Source: Gemmatimonadota bacterium (GTDB taxonomy: Bacteria > Gemmatimonadota > Gemmatimonadetes > Gemmatimonadales > Gemmatimonadaceae). From it: 64,000 nucleotides of DNA. The position numbers were made by a program, and so were the translations under genes. The first letter of the stretch is position 1. Each line of letters starts with the position of its first letter. The notes beneath the pieces were generated by a model that made no database searches, had not been told where the DNA came from, and saw only the letters and a program-made list of their open reading frames with translations. Location of the stretch: contig JAZJZK010000006.1 of NCBI GenBank assembly GCA_040389905.1, positions 138,100-202,099 of the forward strand, read 5' to 3'. Below are positions 28,893 to 37,892 of the stretch, piece by piece.

Positions 28893-30953
28893 TTACCAGA
28901 TTCTCACCCGCGACTTCGGCTCGAGGTACAGCCGCTGGCCCGGACGCACGTCGAATGCATCGTACCATGCATCGAGATTGCGGACGGTATTGAAGCGGTA
29001 CATCTCGGGCGCGTGATCGTTGGTGAGTTGTGTGCGCATAGATCCATCACTCAGCTTCGCACGCCACGCCTGCGCGAACGCGATGAAGAACTCTCGGTCG
29101 TGATCGCGAACGTACTGCTTATCCCTAACCCTATTGCCAAGCGAGAGACGGTACGCATCGAACGCCGCCGCGAGACCGGCGAGATCCGCGATATTCTCAC
29201 GCAGCGTGAGCCGCCCGTCTACGGCTGCATCGGGAAAGGGACGGTAACTGGAAAACTGCTCGGCGAGCGGATTGGTTATCGCCTCATAGCGCGACGAGTC
29301 TTCGGCTGTCCACCAGCGGCGCATCGCACCGTTGACCTGGTATTCCGCGCCGAGCACGTCGACATAGTGCGTCACATCGTGGGCGATGATCGCGCCGATT
29401 GCGCCGTAACTCGCCGCGTCCGACGCCGTCGCATCGAACTTTGGCGGTTGAAGGAGAGCGGCCGCGAAGGTGTAAGCATTCTGCTGAAACACGAGGAGCG
29501 CACCTGCTCGTTGTGGTGCGATCCACCACTCCTTCATGTCAACCGGCTTGCCGAGTCGCGCCAGCGCGCGCCGGTCGTTGCGCTCCCGAACACGACGGAG
29601 ATTGCCCGCGGCATCACTTGGATCGATGGTGAGATCGGAATAGTCCTGCCACTGTTCGGGGTAACCGATTCCGACATACAACGCGTGCAGCTTGGCCAGC
29701 GCGATCTTCTTTGTCGCAGGCGACATCCACGTCGCGGCTTCGAGTCGCTTGATGAACGCCGCCGTGACGTTGTCGGCAATGCGCTGCACATGGGCCTTCT
29801 GCGCGGCGGGGAAGTATCGCTCGGAATACAGCCGGCCGATGGCGTCACTCATCGCCAATTGCGTGGCGTCGAGTGCACGCTGTTCGCGCGAGGCTTGCGA
29901 TTGACCACCCATCGCAGCGCGCAGCGCCACCGCGCTCTCCGACACGGCGCGCGGCAACACATCCGCATACTCGGCGACCACATGAAAGCGCAGGTAGTCC
30001 TTCCACGCTTCGAGCGGTTGTGCTGCGATCAAGGCGGCGACACCGGTGAGCGCGGAGGGCTGCCATGCGACGAAGGACTTCTGTTGTGCCAAACCCGCCG
30101 CGTCAAGGAACGCAGACCAGTCGATACCAGGCGCGCGGCGTGCGAAGTCCGCGCGTGTCCACACCGTGTCCGCGTTGTGGTCGTTCGCTGAGCGCTCGGG
30201 TGTGCCGTGACTCTGCGCAATTGCCGTCTCGAGTGCCAACACCGCATCGGCGCGCTGGTCGGCTCGGTCGACGTTGCCGAAGGCAAGCAGACCCTTGATG
30301 TAGTCACGGTAGGTCTTTCGCAGCGACTGCATGCGCGGATCAGCGCTGAGGTACCTGTCGCGATCCGTGAGACCGAGCCCGCCTTGCAGCAGAAACGCCA
30401 CGTACGTCTTCTCACCGTGAATGCTCGGTTCCACCGACAAGCCCAACAGACTGGACGACTCGTAGACTGCCCAGTTGAGCGGGTCGACGTCTGCGCGCAC
30501 GCGGTGCCCCAGTGCGCGAGTGAGCGTGCCCTTGTCGGTGATAGACTCGATGCGTTCGAGCTGCGCCTTGATCGGCGAAACGCCTCGCGCTTCGATCGCC
30601 CCTTCGTTCAGCCATGCGGCGTGGAAGTCGGCTACTTTGCGCGCGGTCGATCCCCGAGGCGCGCTGCGCGCCTCATCGAAGACGCGCGCAATGCGCTGAC
30701 GCGTCAGCTCATTGGTCTCATCGCGGGCGCCCCAGCGTTCCTTTCCTTGTGGAATCTCGGTTGCCTCGAGCCAGGCCCCGTTCGCGTAGGCGAAGAAATC
30801 GTCACCCGGCTTGATGCTGGCGTCAACGGACCGTTCGAGCGGAGACGCTCTTCCTGGGCCGTGCGATTGCGCGTACAGTGCGAGCGACGAACAGAACGAG
30901 ACGGCCACGACAAACACCGACATCTGCGTCGTGCGCGTTGGATTGACGTGCAT
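28893..30953 (-). CDS. M13 (neprilysin/PepO) family protein with altered active site
   Basis: PGDDFF.YANG.W, IGYP..W.DYS, LQPP.FD, YGAIG.II.H and ENIAD..G motifs. The zinc motif reads HDVTH. Confidence 0.9.
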   Translation of the reverse strand: MHVNPTRTTQMSVFVVAVSFCSSLALYAQSHGPGRASPLERSVDASIKPGDDFFAYANGAWLEATEIPQGKERWGARDETNELTRQRIARVFDEARSAPRGSTARKVADFHAAWLNEGAIEARGVSPIKAQLERIESITDKGTLTRALGHRVRADVDPLNWAVYESSSLLGLSVEPSIHGEKTYVAFLLQGGLGLTDRDRYLSADPRMQSLRKTYRDYIKGLLAFGNVDRADQRADAVLALETAIAQSHGTPERSANDHNADTVWTRADFARRAPGIDWSAFLDAAGLAQQKSFVAWQPSALTGVAALIAAQPLEAWKDYLRFHVVAEYADVLPRAVSESAVALRAAMGGQSQASREQRALDATQLAMSDAIGRLYSERYFPAAQKAHVQRIADNVTAAFIKRLEAATWMSPATKKIALAKLHALYVGIGYPEQWQDYSDLTIDPSDAAGNLRRVRERNDRRALARLGKPVDMKEWWIAPQRAGALLVFQQNAYTFAAALLQPPKFDATASDAASYGAIGAIIAHDVTHYVDVLGAEYQVNGAMRRWWTAEDSSRYEAITNPLAEQFSSYRPFPDAAVDGRLTLRENIADLAGLAAAFDAYRLSLGNRVRDKQYVRDHDREFFIAFAQAWRAKLSDGSMRTQLTNDHAPEMYRFNTVRNLDAWYDAFDVRPGQRLYLEPKSRVRIW

Positions 30954-31119
30954 CTGGAACCTCTCGATGGCAGGGCGACACCGCGAAGGTAGAAACGTCG
31001 CGACCATCCGGCGCATCAGGGAAAGACGACTTTCGATCACTTTCGGACATTCACGCAACGAGGGTATCCCGTCATCTCCCTGCGCGACGTATGCTTCGGT
31101 GTCTACCCAATGTCCGACA

Positions 31120-32130
31120 ATGATCACACGCGCACACCTGGTCGACGTTCTGTTCGTTATCGTCCCCCATTCGCTCCTCCTTGACATTGCAGGGCCGGCG
31201 GAGGCGTTTCGCCTGGCGAACCAGCATCGCGAGCGGCGCGGTCAGCCGCCGCGCTTTCGCCTGCGCTTTGCGAGTCACGACGCATCGCTCTCCACGTCGG
31301 TCGGCCTATCGATTGCCGGGCTGATTCCCCTGCCGAGGCGACTCACCGTGCCGACGTGGGTGGTGGTGGTCGGTCAACCGACTGTGCATACGCGGGAGGC
31401 GACGCCTTCGGTCGTCGCGACGGCGCGGTGGCTGAACGACCACTTGCACGGTCCGCTGTTCGACGTAGATACGCCGCATCGCCTGCTGACCATCTGTTCC
31501 GGGACTCTCCTCGCGGCGCGAGCCGGCCTACTGGGGAGACGGCGGTGCACGACGCACCACGAGCTCCTTGCAACGTTGAAGACGCTCGCGCCGGAGGCGC
31601 AGGTGATCGACAACCGTGTCATCGTCGTCGATGGGCCGCTCGCATCGAGTACCGGCATAACCGCGGGCATCGACATCGCCTTGCATCTCATCGCCGAGGA
31701 GTGTGGCGACGCGCTTGCTGCCAGTGTGGCCGAGGATATGGTGGTGTACCTGAGACGCTCGCCGAGTGATCCGGAGCTGTCGCCCTTTCATCTGCACCGC
31801 CGGCACCTGCACGCCACCGTCCATCGGGTGCAGGACGCGGTCATCACTCGGCCGGAACGCGATTGGGATATGGCGTCACTCGCGTCGGTGGGGAATACCA
31901 CGGAACGCCACCTCCTTCGACTATTCATCGAGCACGCCTGCGTGTCGCCGTTGAACTACCTGCGCATGATTCGGCTCGAGCGCGCGCGGCAATCGCTCGA
32001 ATTCGGAGCGACAGTGACGCGCGCGGCGGAGGTGGCGGGGTTCAGGTCGGGGTTACAACTGCGGCGGGCGTGGCGGAGTCAGTGGGGGGGATCGCCGCGG
32101 GATGCGACGAGGACTTCATCTAAAGGCTAG
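31120..32130 (+). CDS. GlxA family transcriptional regulator (DJ-1/PfpI domain plus AraC HTH)
   Basis: LLDIAGPAEAF, ICSG..L...AGLL, CTTHH, GITAGID motifs and a C-terminal AraC HTH. Confidence 0.92.
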   Translation: MITRAHLVDVLFVIVPHSLLLDIAGPAEAFRLANQHRERRGQPPRFRLRFASHDASLSTSVGLSIAGLIPLPRRLTVPTWVVVVGQPTVHTREATPSVVATARWLNDHLHGPLFDVDTPHRLLTICSGTLLAARAGLLGRRRCTTHHELLATLKTLAPEAQVIDNRVIVVDGPLASSTGITAGIDIALHLIAEECGDALAASVAEDMVVYLRRSPSDPELSPFHLHRRHLHATVHRVQDAVITRPERDWDMASLASVGNTTERHLLRLFIEHACVSPLNYLRMIRLERARQSLEFGATVTRAAEVAGFRSGLQLRRAWRSQWGGSPRDATRTSSKG

Positions 32131-32148
32131 TGGAGGTGTTGCCCAAGG

Positions 32149-32175
32149 ACCGTGCTATCGATACGCGCGAAACGC
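32149..32175 (+). repeat. 27-bp dispersed repeat (second copy inverted at 54970-54996)
   Basis: ACCGTGCTATCGATACGCGCGAAACGC versus ACCGTGCTATCGATACTTGCGAAACGC, 25/27 identical. Confidence 0.75.
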
Positions 32176-32209
32176 CTAGTGCGTAACGTGTAGTAGCCTC
32201 AGCCGACAC

Positions 32210-34357
32210 TCACGGAATCGCGTCGCAGCGCGGCTTGGTTTTGTCGGTGGGGCACGACACGGCCTGGTAGTATCGAAGGTCATGCGCCGGCTTCTCGTAC
32301 AGTGCCGGAATCGGCTGCTTCGAGAGAGTCTGGAAGTACAAGAGTTCCGCATCGCGCCACCAACGCGCTTCCTTTTCCTGGATGGCAAGGAACGATTGGA
32401 CCTCGGCAAAGCGGTCAGGGTCGATCGTGCCCTGCACACTGTTCCACGATCGCTGCATCGACCGTACCGAATCCACACCGGCGTTCATCCTCGCGACCAA
32501 CTCATTCCAGAGCGACCGGCCTGACTTCATCCTGTGCGTCCACGGTACGTGATGAAACCACAGCAGGTTCGAGTCGGGCACCGTCGCGAGACTTTCGTAT
32601 TTGTCGCGCACGGGCGCGAAGTACTGATTCACCTGCTTGCTCCCCGTAGCCGTGCGATCGAAGCCAATGCCGAGTGAATCGGCACGGTGATACTCGTTGC
32701 GACTCTTCGTCCACGGTGCGGGACCATAGTGCCCCGACGAGATGAGCAGGGTCAGCCCCAGTGGTGTCGTGTAGTTCACCACCGCCTCGCGCGAGATCAT
32801 CATCATGTGAACGATTGTCGCCACCGCCGCGGGACGGGTGGTGAACGTCGCACGAACCCATTCATCGGCGACCTTCGCGGAGCTCATCTCAGGATCCCAC
32901 GCCAGACGACCGAATGAATACCAGTTCGCCTGATTGAAGTGAGAGCCAGTCCAGTTCGCGTCGGTGCCGACATTGGCCACGCCGCTGATTCCCGTGCGCG
33001 TGTAACCGTGCAGCGAGCCATCGATCACCTTCGCGACGGTCGAGCCTTTTCCCCTCGCGTATGTGTCGGCCCTGAGCACTTCTTCGAACTCGGCACCGAG
33101 GTACACGAGGTGGGTATCCTGCCCGAGGTACTCCTTGGTGATCTGGAATTCCATCATCAGCGGAGTCTTCGGCATGGCACCAAAGAGCGGATGAAAGGGT
33201 TCACGCGGCTGGAAGTCGAGGGGACCGTTCTTCACCTGGAGGAGTGCGTTCGCAGCGAACTGCCCGTCGAGCGGCTTGAACTCGTCATAGGCCTGTCCAA
33301 TGCGATCGGTGGGCGCCTTGCCGCTGTACACGAACGCCCGCCACATCACCAGGCCGCCGTGCGGCGCGAGCGCCTCGGCGAACATGTTCGCGCCGTCGGC
33401 GTGCGTGCGCTTGTAGTCCTGTGGTCCCGGCTGACCTTCCGAGTTCGCCTTGACGACGAAGCCTCCGAAGTCCGGTATGACAGCATAAATCTCGTCGATC
33501 TTTTTCTTCCACCAGTCGCGAACGGCGGGGTCGAGTGGGTCCGCTGTCTTGAGGCCACCAATTTCGATGGGCGCGCTGAAACGTGCGGACAGGAATACAC
33601 GCACGCCATATGGCCGCAACACACCGGCAATCGCCGCGACCTTGGGCAGGTACTCCGCCGAGATGAATTTGGCGTTGGAGTTGACGTTGGTGAGCGCGGC
33701 GCCGTTGATGCCGATCGAGGCGTTGGCGCGCGCGTAGTCCTTGTACCGCGCCGACAACGTGTTCGGTAATGCGTCCCACTCCCACAGCGACAATCCCGCG
33801 TATCCACGCTCGACGCTGCGGTCGATGTTGTCCCAGTGGTCGAGCATGCGGAGCTGAATTTTCGGCGCGCTGAGCACGTTCAATGAGCCGATTCCATGCT
33901 CCGCTTGCAACTCGCGCAGGAAGGCAAATGTGCCGTAAAGCACTCCGATGTCGGAGTTCGCTGCGATGACGATGGTGTGCCTTCCAGCCATCGAGACAGT
34001 GCGGATGAGGTATCCCTCTGGCCCGGCAGCGGTGAGCGCGCGCGCGAGGCCGAGCGCGGCGACCTGCGCCGAGGTTGCCGGTGTGCCGACGATCAACGTG
34101 CCGTCGCGAACACTGTCGACACGCGGAACAGACCGCCCAAGAATGGCGCGCAATCCCCGAGCGAGTTCCTCACTGGCCGCCGAGAGCGTCGGCGAGCCGG
34201 TGGCGGCGCTGACGCCGCTGAGCGCCCTTCTGTACTCGGCGAGTCGGGCCGGGTTGCTCGTCAGCCGATAGCGGAGCCAGAGCTCGGAACCATCCTCGGC
34301 CTTGGCGGAAATTGATGCGAAGGCGAGCATTGCCGAAACGAGCGGTGCCAGGCGCAT
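32210..34357 (-). CDS. aguA: Alpha-glucuronidase, GH67
   Basis: EDG..LWLRY, R.LDHWDN.D.SVERGYAG, KANSEGQPGP, KNGPLDFQPREP, EFQITKEYLG and WWRDA motifs, with a signal peptide. Confidence 0.96.
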   Translation of the reverse strand: MRLAPLVSAMLAFASISAKAEDGSELWLRYRLTSNPARLAEYRRALSGVSAATGSPTLSAASEELARGLRAILGRSVPRVDSVRDGTLIVGTPATSAQVAALGLARALTAAGPEGYLIRTVSMAGRHTIVIAANSDIGVLYGTFAFLRELQAEHGIGSLNVLSAPKIQLRMLDHWDNIDRSVERGYAGLSLWEWDALPNTLSARYKDYARANASIGINGAALTNVNSNAKFISAEYLPKVAAIAGVLRPYGVRVFLSARFSAPIEIGGLKTADPLDPAVRDWWKKKIDEIYAVIPDFGGFVVKANSEGQPGPQDYKRTHADGANMFAEALAPHGGLVMWRAFVYSGKAPTDRIGQAYDEFKPLDGQFAANALLQVKNGPLDFQPREPFHPLFGAMPKTPLMMEFQITKEYLGQDTHLVYLGAEFEEVLRADTYARGKGSTVAKVIDGSLHGYTRTGISGVANVGTDANWTGSHFNQANWYSFGRLAWDPEMSSAKVADEWVRATFTTRPAAVATIVHMMMISREAVVNYTTPLGLTLLISSGHYGPAPWTKSRNEYHRADSLGIGFDRTATGSKQVNQYFAPVRDKYESLATVPDSNLLWFHHVPWTHRMKSGRSLWNELVARMNAGVDSVRSMQRSWNSVQGTIDPDRFAEVQSFLAIQEKEARWWRDAELLYFQTLSKQPIPALYEKPAHDLRYYQAVSCPTDKTKPRCDAIP

Positions 34358-34480
34358 GACAGGAACGAAGGGGGTGGACTTGCCGGGACATTCGTTCGCA
34401 AGTTAACCCCAGAATAGATCGATCAGGATGGAGACCACTTTCGCCGACGGGGTCATGTCGCATCCTCAAATCGCAGGCCT

Positions 34481-34888
34481 GTGGTGATTGTTCGGGTATT
34501 CGGCCGGCGAGCGCTCGTCATCGTCGCGCTGCTTGTTGCGCCGCGTTGGTTCGTTCCGACGCCCACGAACGCGCAGGCAGAGTCCGCAATCCGTGCGTAT
34601 TGGGGTCGCCAAGCGAGCGCGGAGTGGATGCCTCGAATGCAATCGGCGCCTCCGGAATCAGCGCGCGCGACTGCCGCGTCGATGGGAGACGCCATGCGCG
34701 ATGCGCGCGAGCGAACGATCGTAACCCTGGCGGTACGGCGCTCGATCATTGGTCCACCCTTCGCGTCGCGATGGACATACTATGTCCGCCTCAAGAGGGC
34801 GACGAGCAGCGGCTACGAGTACTTCAGGATACGCGGCGGATACGCCTCTCCGGAGAGCCGGGCGTCGTGGAGGGTGCCGCTATTCTGA
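34481..34888 (+). CDS. Hypothetical protein
   Basis: 135 aa ORF with a hydrophobic N-terminus. No recognisable motif. Confidence 0.4.
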   Translation: MVIVRVFGRRALVIVALLVAPRWFVPTPTNAQAESAIRAYWGRQASAEWMPRMQSAPPESARATAASMGDAMRDARERTIVTLAVRRSIIGPPFASRWTYYVRLKRATSSGYEYFRIRGGYASPESRASWRVPLF

Positions 34889-35478
34889 CGACGAGCGACG
34901 GCCGGCTGATCTTCCGACGAGATTCGCGCACCATGACACGAATCCTTTCGATCATCGCGTTCGCGCTGTCGTCCCTGGTCGCGTACGAGCTGGTCACGGG
35001 ACGGCGTTTCGGTGACGGCATTGGCGGCGCGGTCGCGGGCCTGGTAACCGTGAGCCTCTGTGCGCTCGTCAGCTACGAAGTCTCGTGGTTCGAATTCGAC
35101 CCACGGGCGGCCACGGTCACCTACCGGCGCCAGTGGGCATGGCGCCGGTACGAAGGCACGCTGCTGTTCGCGGACATCGAGAGCGTGGTTGCGGAGTCCG
35201 CGATTGGCGACGGACCAGTGGCGCACCGCCGCCTGGTGTTGCGGTTGCGTAATGGAACGGGGGTGCCGCTGACGGCGGGCTACGCCGCCGACGGAGGAGA
35301 GGCGATGGCTATGGCAGCGGCGATACGCGCCGCGCTCGGCAGCGAGCCGCTGCCGACGGCGATTGATCGCGCGCGGGTGATGGCTCGGGCGGGGCGGACG
35401 ATGGAAGCGGTGCGCGAGCTGAGGCTCGGGACGGAGTTGTCGCTCGAAGAGGCGATGAGACTGGTGAAAGAGCTATGA
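34867..35478 (+). CDS. Hypothetical membrane protein with C-terminal L7/L12-CTD-like helical motif
   Basis: Two TM segments, a beta-rich region, and tail GRTMEAVRELR..T.LSLEEA..LV. Start uncertain (GTG 34867 or ATG 34933). Confidence 0.65.
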   Translation: MEGAAILTTSDGRLIFRRDSRTMTRILSIIAFALSSLVAYELVTGRRFGDGIGGAVAGLVTVSLCALVSYEVSWFEFDPRAATVTYRRQWAWRRYEGTLLFADIESVVAESAIGDGPVAHRRLVLRLRNGTGVPLTAGYAADGGEAMAMAAAIRAALGSEPLPTAIDRARVMARAGRTMEAVRELRLGTELSLEEAMRLVKEL

Positions 35479-35621
35479 GCAACTCGGAGCTTTGAGCTCG
35501 AGCTGGAGGGTGAGCTGACAGCTTGAGCACGAGCGGGAGCGTGAGCGTTGAGCAATGAGCAACTCAGAGCTTGAGCCTTGAGCAATGAGCAAACAGAGCT
35601 AAGCTCGAGCCTGAGCGCGAG
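35470..35621 (+). repeat. GAGC-hexamer element copy G, directly upstream of a four-helix-bundle gene
   Basis: Perfect core at 35550-35570 and degenerate cores at about 35470-35490 and 35580-35599. Confidence 0.9.
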
Positions 35622-35702
35622 ATACTGGCCTCGAAATAGAAAGCTTCGCCGCGCGGTAAAATGGTGACGGGCGCGCGGCGCACGCATGCGAAATTCCCTG
35701 CC

Positions 35703-36056
35703 ATGACTGACTTCCGAAAACTTCAGGTATGGCAGAAAGCCCATGTGCTTTCGCTCGAATCCGCCGCGTTCGCCAGACGGCTCGCACGAAGGCGCCGCGG
35801 ACTGGCCGATCAGATCACGCGCGCCGCTGATGCGATACCGTCGCACATCGCAGAAGGTCGCGGAAGTTCAACCGACCTCGATTTTGCGCGCTACATGACG
35901 ATGGCAATCAAGGAGGCCAATGAGTTGGAGTCTCACCTCCAGCGCGCGGTCGATAGCAAACTGTGCGCAGAGGGCGAGCACGCGACGCTCACAGCCGCCA
36001 CGGTCGAAGTTCGCAAGATGCTGATCGGGCTCCGAAAACGATTGTTGCAACCGTAG
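35703..36056 (+). CDS. Four helix bundle protein (23S rRNA IVP / Avd-like family)
   Basis: 117 aa; F.KLQVWQKA, LADQI.RAA.AIPSHIAEG, F.RY...A, E.ESHL and KML.GL motifs. Confidence 0.92.
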   Translation: MTDFRKLQVWQKAHVLSLESAAFARRLARRRRGLADQITRAADAIPSHIAEGRGSSTDLDFARYMTMAIKEANELESHLQRAVDSKLCAEGEHATLTAATVEVRKMLIGLRKRLLQP

Positions 36057-36329
36057 GTGACTTCGCAACAGGTGTAGCAAGCCGCCGACGCGGCGCCGCA
36101 TATTCGGCGAACGTCCGCCAGCACCGAAAAGAAGGAGGAAAGTCGCGGCGAAGCGCGGCGCGCGCGAGCAACCCGCGTCGACCCCTTCTCATTATCGGCG
36201 CGTGCGCTCCCGTACGTCGTCGCGATTGTTCTCGGCGCGCTGTTGATCGTCGCGGGTGTCATCAGTGCCTCCATTCGCAACGCGGTTGGCGACGGGCATG
36301 CGACGACGCGAGGCGAATCGGCCGGCGTT

Positions 36330-36627
36330 TCCCCGGTGGGGTGATCGTGTTTCATGCCTCGAATCGGTTCCGGGCGCTTGCACCAGTGGTGGAACAGCTC
36401 GCACGCAACGTGGGCGTGCAGGCGGTTCTCGTTACCAATCCGGAGGATGTGACCGCAGAGTCCTCGAATCGGAGTGGGTGCCGGTCACGGCAAATGCCGA
36501 GTGTCTCGCGGACCCGGCGGTGGCGCGCGCGCGGAAACCAATCGACGTGCTGGCTGGGCTGCGCGCTTGGACGGACGACTACAGCAGCCTGTTCCCGATC
36601 ATGAAGATTTCGCAGCGGGGCTTCTAA
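36330..36627 (+). pseudogene. Frameshifted 3' remnant of a spermidine synthase-like membrane methyltransferase
   Basis: PGGVIVFHASNRF..L.PVV..LA in one frame and SEWV...RAWTDDYSSLF.I in another. No N-terminal part is present. Confidence 0.7.
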
Positions 36628-36635
36628 CGCCGATC

Positions 36636-36790
36636 CAGCTCGAGCGCGAGCTGGAAATTGAGCTGTCAGCTTGAGCGCGAGCTTCAGCGTGAGCCTTGAG
36701 CAATGAGCAACTGAGAGCCGGAGCGTGAGCTCGTGCTCACGCTGTGAACTCAACTCAGCTCCATGGGTGGAAGTGCTCGCTCATGCTCAT
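36636..36790. repeat. GAGC-hexamer element copy H
   Basis: Core with 1 mismatch at 36698-36718 and a GCTC-oriented tail up to the esterase stop codon. Confidence 0.85.
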
Positions 36791-37860
36791 CTCGCAAGGT
36801 TGCGACTGAAGAACGGCAGTACATGGTTCTGCATGCGGTCTGCCACCGCACTCACGTGGTCGCCCGGATAGAGCTCGAACGAGTTGGCAATACCATAACT
36901 GTCGAGCAACCGGTGCAGTTCTGCGGTATCGATGCGCAGGCGATCAGCGTCGCCGACGTCGAGCGCGATTGCGGTGTACCGCCGCAGGTTCGCGACGTAC
37001 TGGTCCACCATCGCGAGCGGCGAATTCGCCGCCCAACGAGCGAGCACACTCGGCTGCGCGACACCGTCTTTCGTGGGCAGGTCGAGATAGAACGGGGGCG
37101 CCTTCGGATTCGGCGACCATGCCGCCGCGGAGGCGAGCGTCGCGCGGGACCCGAAGTCGAGCGTCGCGCTCTCGCCGGCCGCCACCGCAGCCTCGAGCTT
37201 CTTTCCCGCCTCGGCCGACGGCGCGCCGCGTGCGCTCATGCAGCAGGGGCTCATTGCGTAGAAGGATGAAAACACGTCCGGGTGGCGCATCGCGATACGT
37301 ACCGTGCCGTATCCGCCCATCGAGTGGCCGGCGATCCCGCGGCTCGCGCGGTTCGCGATCGTGCGGTAGTGCGCGTCGATGTAGTTCACGAGGTCGTGGG
37401 AGATGAAGTCCTCCCAGTTGCCCGTCGTGACCGAGTTCGAGTACATCGAACCGTTGTGCAACGTCTGCGCGTCAGCGAGCACCACGATCATTTCACGCGT
37501 ACCCGTGGCGAACGCGCCTTCGATCGTCTGCGGCGTCTTGATCTCCGTCGTCCACTTCTCGTTGTTGATGGAGTATCCGTGCAACGCGTACACAACGGGA
37601 TACCGCTGGGCAGGCGTCTTCGCATAGCCGGGCGGGAGATACACGATCACGCCACGATCCGGAGAATCGCCTTCGAGATTCCCCTCGAGCGACGCGCCAT
37701 GCACCTTGATGCGCTCCACGGTGACGGCTGCCGCGCCGGCCACAGGAGCGGGGATGTTCAGCGCCGGCTTCGCAGGAGCTGGAGTCTGCGCGACCGCCAG
37801 CGGGGCAACGGCGACGATCAGGAACCCTGCGAGCGCGGAACGAATTCGGGACGGGATCAC
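36787..37860 (-). CDS. Secreted alpha/beta-hydrolase fold esterase (CE1/putative esterase-like)
   Basis: VYLPPGY, YPVVYALHG and GHSMGG nucleophile elbow; D.GD.D and GDH motifs; signal peptide. Start GTG 37860 or ATG 37896. Confidence 0.9.
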   Translation of the reverse strand: MIPSRIRSALAGFLIVAVAPLAVAQTPAPAKPALNIPAPVAGAAAVTVERIKVHGASLEGNLEGDSPDRGVIVYLPPGYAKTPAQRYPVVYALHGYSINNEKWTTEIKTPQTIEGAFATGTREMIVVLADAQTLHNGSMYSNSVTTGNWEDFISHDLVNYIDAHYRTIANRASRGIAGHSMGGYGTVRIAMRHPDVFSSFYAMSPCCMSARGAPSAEAGKKLEAAVAAGESATLDFGSRATLASAAAWSPNPKAPPFYLDLPTKDGVAQPSVLARWAANSPLAMVDQYVANLRRYTAIALDVGDADRLRIDTAELHRLLDSYGIANSFELYPGDHVSAVADRMQNHVLPFFSRNLAR

Positions 37861-37892
37861 GGGGACATCCGCTTGTTGAAGATGGATGAGTC

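Noticed and set aside
7156..36790. 21-bp GAGC core as a CRISPR repeat or iteron
   Set aside because: Copies are scattered kilobases apart in both orientations, not regularly spaced, and there is no rep or cas gene.
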